This document shows positions 1-12,444 of a stretch of 64,000 bases of DNA, one piece after another; positions within the stretch are counted from its first letter, which is position 1, and the number at the start of each line of letters is the position of its first letter. Below the pieces are notes generated by a model that saw nothing but the letters and a program-made list of their open reading frames with translations, was not told where the DNA came from and did no database searches. This stretch comes from the human T2T-CHM13v2.0 reference genome, Homo sapiens, in assembly GCF_009914755.1 (NCBI RefSeq), contig NC_060929.1; one strand, written 5' to 3'. The translations under genes were made by a program, and so were the position numbers.

Positions 1-101
1 CAGAGGTTGCAGTGAGCTGAGATTGAGCCATTGCACTCCAGCCCGGGCAACAAGAGTGAAATTCCACCTAAAAAAAAAAAAAAAGAAAAAAGAAAAAAGA
101 A
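1..101 (+). mobile_element. Alu right-arm 3' end with A-rich tail (cut by window edge)
   Basis: GAGGTTGCAGTGAGCTGAGATTGAGCCATTGCACTCCAGCC followed by poly(A). Confidence 0.95.
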
Positions 102-539
102 ATGACGCAAAGATATAGTTAGATATAGTTATTGTGTTAGGGTTTCAGGTACTCTGTTAACTACAATGGGTTAGAATGAAAAACACACATTAAATGTGAT
201 TTTTGGATGGCAGTCTGCAATTCTTCCCACCATAAACATCCAAACATGACCCTGTATGACTGACTAAAAATGAAATATTCAGGATACAACACTAATTCTC
301 AGTTATATGACACCTGTCTAAGAACCAAGTTTCTGAGTCACATATTGGACCAGTTGGTCACTCAAAAATATTCTATTTCAGAAGTCTTTAATTGAAACAC
401 CTGACTCTGATCTCATGCTTCCGTTTTGTGAACTTGCTGACTCAGTTCTTCCCATCATATCTGTTCCTAAACTTTACTGAAAATTCCTAATCCAGACCTA
501 TTTATTTATTTATTGATGTTTTTCCATCTTCTCTTGATA

Positions 540-700
540 GCATGGACTCTGGAGCTAAACTGCCTGGGTTTATAATAAAACTGGTCTCCACTTACATTGC
601 GGAGCAAATGTGTTAACTTCTCTGCACACTGTGTGCACAGTTTTTTTTTTTTTTGATATGCAAACAAGGATCACATTTGCACCTACTTACAAGGGTCCTA
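540..700 (+). mobile_element. MIR-like SINE remnant
   Basis: CATGGACTCTGGAGCTAAACTGCCTGGGTT...TTAACTTCTCTG resembles the MIR core; highly diverged. Confidence 0.55.
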
Positions 701-736
701 AGGTCCTGGCATGACGGCACTATGCAACTGAGACCT

Positions 737-833
737 GGATGGATGGATGGATGGATGGATGAACAGAGGCATGAATGGATGGACAGGTAGGTAGATAGGT
801 AGGTAGGTAGGTAGATAGATAGATAGATAGATA
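737..833. repeat. Compound microsatellite (TGGA)n/(TAGG)n/(TAGA)n
   Basis: Tetranucleotide runs read directly. Confidence 0.95.
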
Positions 834-2236
834 ATTGTATTCTGTATTACCCTTCTTCAAATCTTCATTAGCTTTTTAATCTTGCTCAGAATGAAATGGA
901 AGCCTTTTATTGTGAATTACCTATCTCTATAAAATACAAGTTTAGGTCCCTAAACATTATGTGATTTAGTCTACTCTTTGAGTAACACTCTTGCAAAGCA
1001 CTGATTTAAGTGAATTATGATTAGTCCCTATCCTTCAGTAGATCACAAGTCCTTTGATGAACTCAAACTACATTTTTACCTCAGAATCTGTAGAATCTCA
1101 CATTTTCCTGGACAGATAGGTAATTAATAACTGTTTATTGCATAGATATGTTGCAAATTTACAGCTAAATCCATCCTCCATAGGCTAATCTTTATCTAGC
1201 TGACTAGTCCCAAGTAATTGCTGCATATGTTGTAATGGCTAAGCCTTTTAAGAATGCTTGGCATCTCGGTATGTCTCAGGATTAAACTTAATAATGTCAA
1301 GAGAACTTCCACAGTGGCTTATGTGTATGTGTCAATCTTCTCCATTAGATTGCAAATCCCTATATTGAAGAAACTGTATTTGATTCACTTCTCTATGCTT
1401 CACAGCATCTCAGCACAGTACCTTGCATTTAATCAGCCCTCAATACAAATTGTGTTAAACTGAGTTATACCTTCCTTCAAAATCCAGCTCAGATGTCACA
1501 TCTAGACAAGACTTCCCTGAGTCTCTCATGCAGAACCAATCATTGCCTATGCTGTAGTAAGGATTGACTTTGACTGTTAGAAGGATTAATCTGCCCTTTA
1601 AATATGAAAATTTCTCACCTACACACAGAGTGGATATGGGACTAAACAGAACAAACTATAGTTCTCTTCTCCTGGGCATAGGGATACATTGATTTGTCCA
1701 GAACAGGCATTTTACCAAAGCCAGGTCTCTTGGAGACATTTGCAAGAAGGCAAAAACAAAAATAAACAATAAAAAATTCAATAATTCAATACACAAATTG
1801 CAAGAGACAGAAACAGTATTCGATTCCCTAATGTTTCTGTTTCTTGCAATTGTGCCTTTATTTCTGTTCACTGTTCAGAATAAATTAAATTTATTCAAAT
1901 GTAGCTTTTGTAACTTGCAACCAATAGATTATAGAACAGTGCACTTTGTCTTATTGATAAACCAATAGTGTTGTCTATCTTTCCTTTCTTCTTTTTCCTG
2001 CCATCTCCCCTGTTTTCCTCCTTCCTTCCCTCCCTCCAAACTGGTTTTCCTGTCTTCATCCACCAATCTCTTTTTTTCTTAGTTACCCCTTTTGTGTGCT
2101 TCATCTTTCTTGAAATGTTAACAAAATAAAATTTGTTCCTATTTATTCTACCTCAAAATAATTTCCCCAAACTACTCATATACGTCTCTCTCCAATTCTT
2201 CCATTCTGGATGAAAGGAAATCCTGAGTTAGAGAGA

Positions 2237-2329
2237 TGGATAGATGGATGGATGGATGGATGGATGGATGGATGGATGGATGGATAGCAAGACAGATGAA
2301 TGGATGGATGAGTGGACAGATAGGTAGTT

Positions 2330-2361
<32 letters not shown>
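2237..2361. repeat. Compound microsatellite (TGGA)n/(TAGA)n, paralog of 737-833
   Basis: Same motif order and same downstream flank as 737-949. Confidence 0.95.
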
Positions 2362-2363
<2 letters not shown>

Positions 2364-2602
2364 TGTGTTCTGCATCACTCTTTTTAAAATCTTCATTAGA
2401 TTTTTAATATTGCTCAGAATGAAATTGAACCCTTTTATTGTGAAGTACCTATCTCTATAACATAAAGGGTTAGTTCCTGCCTAACTTTCAAATCTCATCT
2501 ACTTTCTGCCACCCTTTGTTTAAAGTGATTCAAGCACACTGGTCTTCTCTTGTCCCATAAGCCCACCAAGTTCTCCTCTGCCATGAAAATTGTCACTCTT
2601 TT

Positions 2603-2984
2603 TGATATGGTTTGGCTGTGTCCCTACCCAAATCTTGTCTTGAACTGTAGTTCTCATAATCCCCACATGTCATGGGAGGAACCCAATGGGAAGCAATTGA
2701 ATCGTGGGGGTGGTTACTGCCATGCTGTTCTCGTGGTAGTGAGTGAGTTCTCATGACATCTGATAGCTTTTTAAGGGGCTCTCCACCCGGCCACCTTCAC
2801 TCTGCACTTCTCCTTTCTGCCACCATGTGAAGAGGGACATGTGTGCTTCCTCTTCCACCATGATTGAAAGTTTTCTGAGGCCTCCTCAGCCATGCTGAAC
2901 TGTGAGCAAATTAAACCTCTTTTCTTTATAGATTACCCAGTCTCAGGTGTGTCTTTATTAGTAGTGTGAGAATGCACTAATACA
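2603..2984 (+). mobile_element. THE1 (THE1C/D-like) MaLR solo LTR
   Basis: TGATATGGTTTGGCTGTGTCC start and CTAATACA end; 5-bp TSD CTTTT/CTTTC; sits in L2-like sequence. Confidence 0.9.
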
Positions 2985-3454
2985 CTTTCTCTGTGACATG
3001 CTTCTCATAGCTAGCTTACTCTCTCATTCACCTTAAACCACATCTTCTGAAATATCTATTCCCTAAACTCCCAACATGAAGGACTTCTTCCACTCTTCCT
3101 ATGACATCCACTTGTTTACATTTTCATCGTGGCCCTTATCTCAATGTGTTGTGTATTAATTTGCTTATTTTCTGTCTTCCTTAACACTTTGTAGGGTAGA
3201 AATCCTGATTGTCTTGTTCACCTATAATTGTAAGACAAAGCAAAATGATAGGGTTATAACAGGTCTTCAATAAATATTTGTTGAATAGGTTTCCAAAGGG
3301 AAACAAAAACTAAAGGTGAAAGATTAAGATTTGCACTGAAATTATAGTAAAGGTTTATAAGGAATTTCAAAACAAGTATTATTTTCTGCAAGCATGCTTC
3401 CTTTAGATTTATCTAGCTCTCTAAAATTGTTATTATAGAAATACATGTGCTCTT

Positions 3455-3578
3455 TTTAAAAATATATATTTTTTTAATTTTTGAAGGTACACAGTAGGTG
3501 TGTATCTTTGCAGGTTGCATGAGACATTTTGATACACGCATGAAATGCATAGTAATCATATTATGGTCAATGGGGTAT
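3455..3578 (-). mobile_element. Old L1 (L1MA-type) 3' end, host of the THE1A provirus
   Basis: T-rich tail then GGTACACAGTAGGTGTGTAT...GAGACATTTTGATAC...TGGGGTAT, the reverse of an L1MA 3' terminus. Confidence 0.75.
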
Positions 3579-6500
3579 TGATATGTTTTGACTCTGTGTC
3601 CCCACCCAAATCTCATCTTGAATTGTACTCCCATAATTCCCACGTGTTGTGGGAGGGACCTGGACGGAGATAATTGAATCATGGGGGCAGTTTCTCTCTT
3701 ACTGTTCTCATGGTAGTGAATAAGTCTCACGAGACCTGATGATTTGATAAGGGGAAACCCATTTCACTTGGCTCTCGTTCTTTCTCTTTACCTGTTGCCA
3801 TCCACGTAAGATGTGACTTGCTCTTCCTTGCCTTCTGCCATGATAGTGAGGCTTCCCCAGCCATGCAGAAATGTAAGTCCAATTAAACCTATGTCTTTTG
3901 TAAATTGCCCAGTCTCAGGTATGTTTTTATTTTTTTTTGACCTCAGAAAGGTAGGCCTCTCACTTTAAGTTATATATATACGTGTATATATATACATATA
4001 TATGTGTGTATATATATATACTTTAAGTTCTAGGGTACATGTGCACAATACGCAGGTTTGATACATAGGTATTCATGTGCCATGGTGGTTTGCCGCACTC
4101 ATCAACTCGTCATTTACATTAGGTATTTCTCCTAACGCTATCCCTCCCCCAACCCCCCCACCTCCCAACAGGAACCAGTGTGTGATGCTCCTCACCCTGT
4201 GTCCAAGTGTTCTTATTTTTCAGTTCCCACCTATGAGTTAGAATATGTGGTGTTTGGTTTTCTGTCTTTGTGATAGCTTGCTGAGAGTGATGGTTTCCAG
4301 CTTCATCCATGTCCCTGCAAAGGACATGAACTCATCCTTTTTTATGGCTGCATAGTATTCCGTGGTGTATATGTGCCACATTTTCTTAATCCAGTCTATC
4401 ATTGATGGACATTTGGGTTGGTTCCAAGTCTTTGCTATTGTGAATAGTGCTGCAATAAACATATGTGTGCATGTGTCTTTATAGCAACATGATTTATAAT
4501 CCTTTGGGTATATACACCCAGTAATGGGATGGCTGGGTCAAATGGTATTTCTAGTTCTAGATCCTTGAGGACTCGCCACACTGTCTTCCACAATGGTTGA
4601 ACTAGTTTACACTCCAACCAACAGTGTAAAAGTGTTCCTATTTCTCCACATCCTCTCCAGCATCTGTTGTTTCCTGACTTTTTAATGATCGCCATTCTAA
4701 CTGGTGTGAGATGGTATCTCATTGTGGTTTTGATTTGCATTTCTCTGATGATCAATGATGACGAGCATTTTTTATGTGTCTATTGGCTGCATAAATGTCT
4801 TCTTTTGAGAAGTGTCTGTTTGTATCCTTTGCCCACTTTTTGATGGGGTAGTTTGTTTTTTTCTTGTAAATTTATTTCAGTTCTTTGTAGATTCTAGATA
4901 TTAGCCCTTTGTCAGATGGGTAGATTGCAAAAATTTTCTCCCATTCTGTAGGTTGCTGGTTCACTCAGATGGTAGTTTCTTTTGCCGTGCAGAAGCTCTT
5001 TAGTTTAATTAGATCCCATTTGTCTATTTTGCCTTTTGTTGCCATTGCTTTTGGTGTTTTAGTCATGAAGTCCTTGCCCATGCCTATGTCCTCAATGGTA
5101 TTGCCTAGGTTTTCTTCTAGGGTTTTTATGGTTTTAGATCTAATATTTAAGTCTTTAATCCATCTTGAATTAATTTTTGTATAAGATGTAAGGAAAGGAT
5201 CCAGTTTCAGCTTTGTACACATGGTTAGCCGGTTTTCCCAGCACCATTTATTAAATAGGGAATCCTTTCCCCATTTCTTATTTTTGTCAGGTTTGTCAAA
5301 GATTAGATGGTTGTAGACGTATGATGTTATTTCTGAGGCCTCTTTTCTGCTCCATTGGTCTATATGTCTGTTTTGGTACCAGTACTATGCTGTTTTGGTT
5401 ACTGTAGCCTTGTAGTATAGTTTGAAGTCAGGTAGCATGATGCCTCCAGCTTTGTTCCTTTTGCTTATGATTGTCTTGGCAATGCGGGCTCTTTTTTAGT
5501 TCCATATGAACTTTAAAGTAGTTTTTTCCAATTCTGTGAAGAAAGTTATTGGTAGCTTGATGGGGATGGCATTGAATCTATAAATTACCTTGGGAAGTAT
5601 GGCCATTTTCATGATATTGATTCTTCCTATCCCTGAGCATGGAATATTCTGCCATTTGTTTGTGTCCTCTTTTATTTTGTTGAGCAGTTGTTTGTAGTTC
5701 TCCTTGAAGAGGTCCTTCATATCCCTTGTAAGTTGGATTCCTAGGTATTTTATTTTCTTTGAAGCAATTGTGAATGGGAGTTCACTTGTGATTTGGCTCT
5801 CTGTTTGTCTGTTATTGGTGTATAGGAATGTTTGTGATTTTTGCAAATTGATTTTGTATCCTGAGACTTTGCTGAAGTTGCTTATCAGCTTAAGTAGATT
5901 TTGGGCTGAGATGATGGGATTTTCTAAATATACAGTCATGTCATCTGCAATCAGGGACAATTTGACTTCCTCTTTTCCTAATTGAATACCCTTTATTTTT
6001 TTCTCTTGCCTTATTGCCCTGGCCAGAACTTCCAACACTATGTTGAATAGGAGTCGTGAGAGAGGACAACCTTGTCTTGTGCCAGTTTTCAAAGGGAATG
6101 CTTCCAGTTTTTGACCATTCAGTGTGATATTGGCTATGGGTTTGTCATAAATAGCTCTTATTATTTTGAGATACATTCCATCAACATTTAGTTTGTTGAG
6201 AGTTTTTAGCATGAAGCGCTGTTGAATTTTGTCGAAGGCCTTGTCTGCATCTATTGAGATAATCATGTGGTTTCTGTCATTGATTCTGTTTGTGTGATGG
6301 ATTACATTTATTAATTTGTGTATGTTGAACCAGCCTTGTATTCTATGGATGAAGCTGACTTGATCCGTTTCTTCTAGATTTTCTAGTTTATTTGCATAGA
6401 AGTGTTTATAGTATTCTCTGTCAGTAGTTTGTATTTCTGTGGGATCAGTGGTGATATCCCCTTTATCATTTTTTATTGAGTCTATTTGATTCTTCTCTGT

Positions 6501-9500
6501 TTTCTTGTTTATTAGTCTAGCTAGTGGTCTATCTATTTTGTTGATCTTTTAAAAAACCAGCTCCTGGATTCATTGATTTTTTGAAGGGTTTTTGTGTCTC
6601 TATCCCCTTCAGTTCTGCTCTGATCTTAGTTATTTTTTGCCTTCTGCTTGCTTTTGAATTGTTTGCCCTTGCTTCTCTAGTTCTTTTAATTGTGATGTTA
6701 GGGTGTCAATTTAGATCTTTCCTGCTTTTTCTTGTGGGCATTTAGTGCTATAAATTTACTTCTACATACTGCTTTAAATGTGTCCCAGAGATCCTGGTAC
6801 GTTGCATCTTTGTTCTCATTGGTTTCAAAGAACATCTTTATTTCTGCCTTAGTTTCTTTATTTGCCCAGTAGTCATTCAGGAGCAGGTTGCTCAGTTTCC
6901 ATGTAGTAGTGTGGTTTAAAGTGAGTTTCTTAATCCTGAATTCTAATTTGATTGCACTGTGGTCTGAGAGATAGTTTGTTGTGATTTCTGTTCTCTTCCA
7001 TTTGTTGAGGAGTGCTTCACTTCCAATTATGTGGTCAATGTTAGAATAAGTGCAATGTGGCACTGAGAAGAATGTATATTCTGTTGATTTCTGTTCTTTT
7101 ACATATGCTGAGGAGTGTTTTACTTCCAATTTTGTGGTCAATTTTAGCATAAGTGTGAGGTAGTGCTGAGAAGAATGTATATTCTGTTGATTTGGGGTGG
7201 AGAGTTCTGTAAATGTCTATTAGGTCTGCTCAGTGCAGAGCTGAGTTCAAGTCATGGATATCCTTGTTAACCGTCTGTCTCATTGATCTGTCTAATATTG
7301 ACAGTGGGGTGTTAAAGTCTCCCATTATTATTGTGTGGGAGTCTAAGTCTCTTTGTAGGTCTCTAAGAACTTGCTTTATGAATCTGGGTGCTCCTGTATT
7401 GGGTGCATATATATTTAGGATAGTCAGCTCTTCTTGTTGCATTGATCCTTTTACCATTATGCAATGGCCTTCTTTGTCTCTTTTAATTTTTTTTTTTTTT
7501 TTTACCTTTTTCACTTTTTAGTATTCTAAAAATCTGGTATAATTTCTCCCGATCTTGAATGGAACTAAGTTGAAAAATACTCTTCAGGATATTATCCAGG
7601 AGAACTTCCCCAACATAGCAAGGCAGGCCAACATTCAAATTCAGGAAATACAGAGAATGCCACAAAGATACTCCTCAAGGAGAGCAACCCCAAGACACAT
7701 AATTGTCAGATGCACCAAGGTTGAAATGAAGGGAAAAATGTTAAGGCAGCCAGAGAGAAAGGTTGGGTTGCCTACAAAGGGAAGCCAATCAGACTAACAG
7801 TGGATCTCTCAGCAGAAACTCTACAAGCCAGAAGAGAGTGGGAGCCAATCTTCAACATTCTTAAAGAAAATAATTTTCAGCCCAGAATTTCATATCCAGC
7901 CAAACCAAGCTTCATAAGTGAAGGAGAAATAAAATCCTTTACAGACAAGCAAATGTTAAGGATTTTGTCACCACCAGGCCTGCCTTACAAGAGCTCCTGA
8001 AGGAAGCACTAAACATGGAAAGAATCAACCAGTACCAGCCACTGCAATAACATGCCAAATTGTAAAGACCATCAAGGCTATGAAGAAACTGCATCGATTT
8101 AATGGGCAAAATAACCAGCTAACATCATAATGACATGATCAAATTCATGTGTAACAATATTAACCTTAAATGTAAATGGGCTAAATGCCCCATATAAAAG
8201 ACACAGACTGGCAAATTGGATAAAGAATCAAGACCCATCAGTGTGCTGTGTTCAGGAGACCAATCTCATGTGCAGAGACACACATAGGCTCAAAATAAAG
8301 GGATGGAGGAAGATCTACCAAGCAAATGGATAGAAAAAAAAAAAAAGCAGGGGTTGCAATCCTAGTCTCTAATAAAATGGACTTTAAACCAACAAAGATT
8401 AAAAGAGACAAATAAGGCCATTACATAGTGGTAAAGGTATCAATTCAACAAGAAGAGCTAACTATCCTAAATATATATGTACCCAATACAGGAGTACTCA
8501 GATTCATAAGGTATGTCTTTATCAGCAACATGAACATGGACTAACACAGTAAATTGGTACCAGTAGAGTAGGGCATTGCTGAAAATATAACTGAAAATAT
8601 AGAAGTGACTTTGGAACTGGGTAACAAGCAGAGGCTGGAACAGTTTGTGGGCTCAGAAGACAGAAAAACGTGGGAAAGTTTGGAACTTCCTAGAGACTTG
8701 TTGAATGGCTTTTGCCCAAAATGCTGATGGCAATATGGATAATAAGGTCCAGGGTAAAGTGGGCTCAGATGGAGATGAGAAACTTGTTGGGAACTGGAAG
8801 AAAAGGTGACTCTCATTATGTTTTAGCAAAGATACTGGCAGCATTTTGCCCCTGCCCTGGAGATTTGTGGAACTTTGAACTTGAGAGAGATGATTTAGGG
8901 TATCTGACAGAAGAAATTTCTCAGCAGCAAAGCATTCAAGAGGTGACTTGGGAGCTGTTAAAGGCATTCAATTTTATAAGGGAAGCAGAGTATAAAAGTT
9001 TGGAAAATTTGCAGCCTGACAATGTGATAGAAAAGAAAATCTCTTTTTTTTTTTTTTTTTTTTTTTGAGGACAAACTCAAGCCAAGCCAGCTGCAGAAAT
9101 TTGCATAAGTAATGATGAGCCAAATGTTAATCCCAAAGACAAGGGGTAAATGTCTACAGGGCATGTCAGAGGTCTTTGCAGCAGCCCCTCCCATTACATT
9201 TCCTACAGGCCTAGTAGGAAAAAATGGTTTCGTGGGCCAGGCCCAAGTTCCCCATGCTGCATGTAGCCTAGGGACTTGGTGCCCTGCCTCCCAGTTGCTC
9301 CACCCCTTGACTAAAAGGGGGCAAGGTACAGTTCAGGCTGTGGCTTCAGAGGGTACAAGCCCCAAGGCTTGGAAGTTTCCACGTGGTTTTGAGCCTGTTG
9401 GGGCACAGAAGTCAAGAATTGAGGTTAGGAAATCTCTGCCTAGATTTCAGAGGATGTATGGAAACACCTGGATATCCAAGCAGAAGTTTGCTACAGGGGC

Positions 9501-10461
9501 AGGGCTCTCATAGAGAACCTCTGCTAGGGCATTATGGAAGGGAAATGTGGGGTCACAGCCCTCACACAGAGTCTCTACTTGGGCAACAACTAGTGGAACT
9601 GTGAGAAGAGGGCCAGTATTCTCCAGACCCCAGAATGGTAGATCCACTGACAGCTTGCACCATGAGCCTGGAAAAGCCAGACATTTAACACCAGCACATG
9701 AAAGCAGCTGGGAGGGAGGCTACACCCTGCAGAGCCACAGGGGCAGAGCCGTCCAAGACCAGAGAACCCACTTCTTGCATCAGCATGACCCAGATGTGAG
9801 ACATGGAGTCAACAGAGATCATTTCAGAGCTTAAATATTTGACTGCCCTGCTGGATTTTGGACTTGCCTGGGGCCTATAGCCTCTTTGTTTTGGCCAATT
9901 TCTTCCATTTGAAATGGCTATATTTACCCAGTACCTGTACCTCCATTGTATCTAAGAAGTAATTAAGTTGCTTGTAATTTTACAGGCTCATAGGTGGAAG
10001 GGACTTGTCTCAGATAAGACATTGGACTATGGACTTTTGAGTTAATGCTGAAATGAGTTAAGACTTTGGGGGACTGGTTTTGAAATGTGAAGACATAAGT
10101 TTTGGCAGAGGTCAGGGGTGGAATGATGGTTTGGCTCTATATCCCAACCCAGATCTCATCTTGAATTGTATTCCCATAATTCCCATGTGTTGTGGGAGAG
10201 ACCCAGTGGGAGATAATTGAATCATGGGGGCAGTTTCTCCCATACTCTCATGGTAGTGAATACGTCTCATGAGATCTGATGGTTTGAAAAGGGGAAACCC
10301 ATTTCATTTGGCTCTCGTTCTGTCTCTTTGACTCTTCCCAACCATGTAAGACGTGACTTTCTCTTCCTTGCCTTAAGCCATGATTGTGAGGCTTCCCCAG
10401 CCAGGTGCAACTGTAAGTCCAATTAAACTTCTGTCTTTTGTAAATTGTCCAGTGTTGGGTA
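3579..10461 (+). mobile_element. THE1A MaLR provirus: 5' LTR (3579-3930 plus 8509-8548, split by an L1), internal region 8549-10123, 3' LTR 10124-10461 (3'-truncated)
   Basis: Two similar LTRs (TGAT...GGGGAAACCCATTTCA...CAATTAAAC); internal region starts GTAAATTGGTACCAGTAGAG, typical of THE1-int. Confidence 0.92.
3931..8508 (-). mobile_element. L1PA (about PA6-PA8) with 5' inversion: 4021-7487 on minus (ORF2 and 3'UTR), 7557-8508 on plus (ORF1 C-half and ORF2 EN start)
   Basis: ORF track gives ORF2 RT ([15 protein letters not shown]), EN (IIMGDFNTPLS) and ORF1 peptides; 14-bp TSD AGGTATGTTTTTAT (3917-3930) / AGGTATGTCTTTAT (8509-8522); ORFs are broken. Confidence 0.95.
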
Positions 10462-10808
10462 GTAGTTTCCCTTTTAGCCCACGGTGTGTCTGGAAAGGTT
10501 GTTTGGGCCCTAGGTCCTGGAAGGGGGTTCTCATGACTCTGACTGGTGCTCTACCAAGTGCACAGACTCTGTGCCATGAGTCACTGCCAAGGAATGGGTG
10601 AGTGGTAACATCAGCAATTAAAGACAGTCTTTCCTTCCCTCTTATTGCCTCTTATGTGGTGGGAAGTTACAACCAGATACTGTAACTGCTCACCTGATTT
10701 TTGGTTCTTATGAAGGTGTTTTTTGTGTGTAGATAATTGTTAAATTAATGTCCTTGCAGGGGCAATGATTTTTGGAGCCTTCTATTTGGTTATCCTGCTT
10801 TGCCCCTC
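10462..10808 (-). mobile_element. L1MA-type 5'UTR terminus
   Basis: Reverse complement (GAGGGGCAAAGCAGGATAACCAAATAGAAGG...AAAAATCAGGTGAG) is homologous to the start of the L1 at 17092. Confidence 0.8.
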
Positions 10809-11239
10809 AACACATGTTTTCTTATATTCCCACGCCAACTCCACTCCTTTCTTCTGTACTCATTTATATACAAGCTGTCTAAAATAACATCAGGGAATTA
10901 TACATCATTTGAACATAATGCCTTGCTGTGGGTTGTGCTGAATGCTCTGAGTAGCCTAGAAAACCCACAACTGACATTTCTAAATCCTGCTGTGCGATAT
11001 TACTATATAAGTAATTTACCTAATTAGTAAATTTAGATTTACTCCACATTCATATAGGCACAGTTTCTACCTGTGGTTCAAAAGATAAAATCTTTGGTAA
11101 AAAAAGAAACATTATTTTATATTATTACTGTTAACACATTAGCCTTTATTACTAAACAAATATAAAATCAAGAAAAACTCACATCTTTGAAGACTAAAAA
11201 CGAAGTTAAAATCACCGACTTGAAACAGAGAACTAAGCA

Positions 11240-11370
11240 GGGCTATTTTGTCTTTCTAGGCTGTGTGATCTTGAGAACATTACTAAAATTTCCAGGTCTC
11301 TCTGTTTTCATTTCTATAGTGAGAATAATAATACTATCGATGTCATAAGATGTTTATAAGAATTACGTAT
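11240..11370 (+). mobile_element. MIR remnant
   Basis: CTGTGTGATCTTGAGAACATTACT...TCTCTGTTTTCATTTCTATAGTGAGAATAATAATA. Confidence 0.6.
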
Positions 11371-11414
11371 TTGGAGGTAGACTTGTTAGTACTAAATCTA
11401 TAATTGTTTGGACT

Positions 11415-11772
11415 CTCATTATGAATTGTTTGTGACCGCCTCCCAGAATTCACGTGTTGAAGTCTTGACTCTTGATAGTGTTGAGAGGTGGGCCTCTTGA
11501 GATGTAATTAGTTTTAGATGACGTCATGATGGTGGAGGCTCCATTATGGGATTTATTTCCTTATGAGAAAATACTGGAGCTTTTGCTCTTTGCTATGATT
11601 AGAGAGAGAAGGAAGCCATCTGCAAGCCAAGAAGAGAGCTTTGACTAAGAACTGAATCTGTCATACCTTGACTTTGGATTTTCCAGCCTCTAGAACTATG
11701 AGAAATAAATGTCTTCTGTTTAAGCCACTGAGTCTTTGCGTTTTCTTATGGCAGCCTAAGCTAGTTAAGATC
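11415..11772 (+). mobile_element. MLT1A-type MaLR LTR
   Basis: AATTCACGTGTTGAAGTC...TCCAGCCTCTAGAACTATGAGAAATAAAT...GGCAGCCTAAGCTAGTTAAGA. Confidence 0.8.
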
Positions 11773-11777
11773 ACCTT

Positions 11778-12187
11778 TGTAGGATTTCTGATCACATTTC
11801 TAATAGTCAGTACCATATCTTAGCATGTGGGATATCCCCGACTAGCTGAAACCTACATTGTGTGCTCTCTTACAGGTGAGCCAGAAGTGACTAGAAAATT
11901 ATGTCCCTGCAGAGAATATCCCTTCAGCAATGCCTGACAAGTATGGGATTATTAATATTTTGATTCCCATTCCTCTTGGCCATGATATATCAAAGGCATG
12001 TGTTCTCTGTCATGTCCCAGCATGGTCTTGCAGGATTAGTTCAAGGTAGCCAGCTGTCCAATATATCCTCTTGGCTTGCATTACCTTCCCTGTACTACTG
12101 CCACACTCACTTGCCAGTGTGTATTGATCCCAACAAATAAACTAAATCTTAGTTTCTGCTCCTAGGAAGAAGTGGACCCAATAAACA
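11778..12187 (+). mobile_element. Old ERVL-type LTR (LTR16-like)
   Basis: CAGGTGAGCCAGAAGTG...CCTTCCCTGTAC...CAAATAAACT...TTTCTGCT; family call from recollection only. Confidence 0.45.
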
Positions 12188-12444
12188 ACTAAAGGTATGA
12201 AAAGATTACAATGCAGCAATCTCTTGTAACAGCCCACCACCACCACCACCACCACCCCCACCACCCCCCCAGCACATCCATCCAATTAAAATATTGATTT
12301 TCTTATTATTAATTCTGTGACTTTAGGAAAATCATCAAATGTCACTGAGTTGTTAACTTACCTTTAAACCAGAACTATTAATGTTAAAAACTACCATGGT
12401 TCAATCTTCAGAGAAAAAACACATACATAAAAATTGAGCAAGAA

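Noticed and set aside
5496-6266. 256-aa ORF with reverse transcriptase motifs
   Set aside because: Fragment of a broken, deleted and inverted L1 ORF2; not a functional gene.
8653-9834. ORFs in the THE1 internal region
   Set aside because: Fragmented remnants of the MaLR internal ORF with stops and frameshifts.
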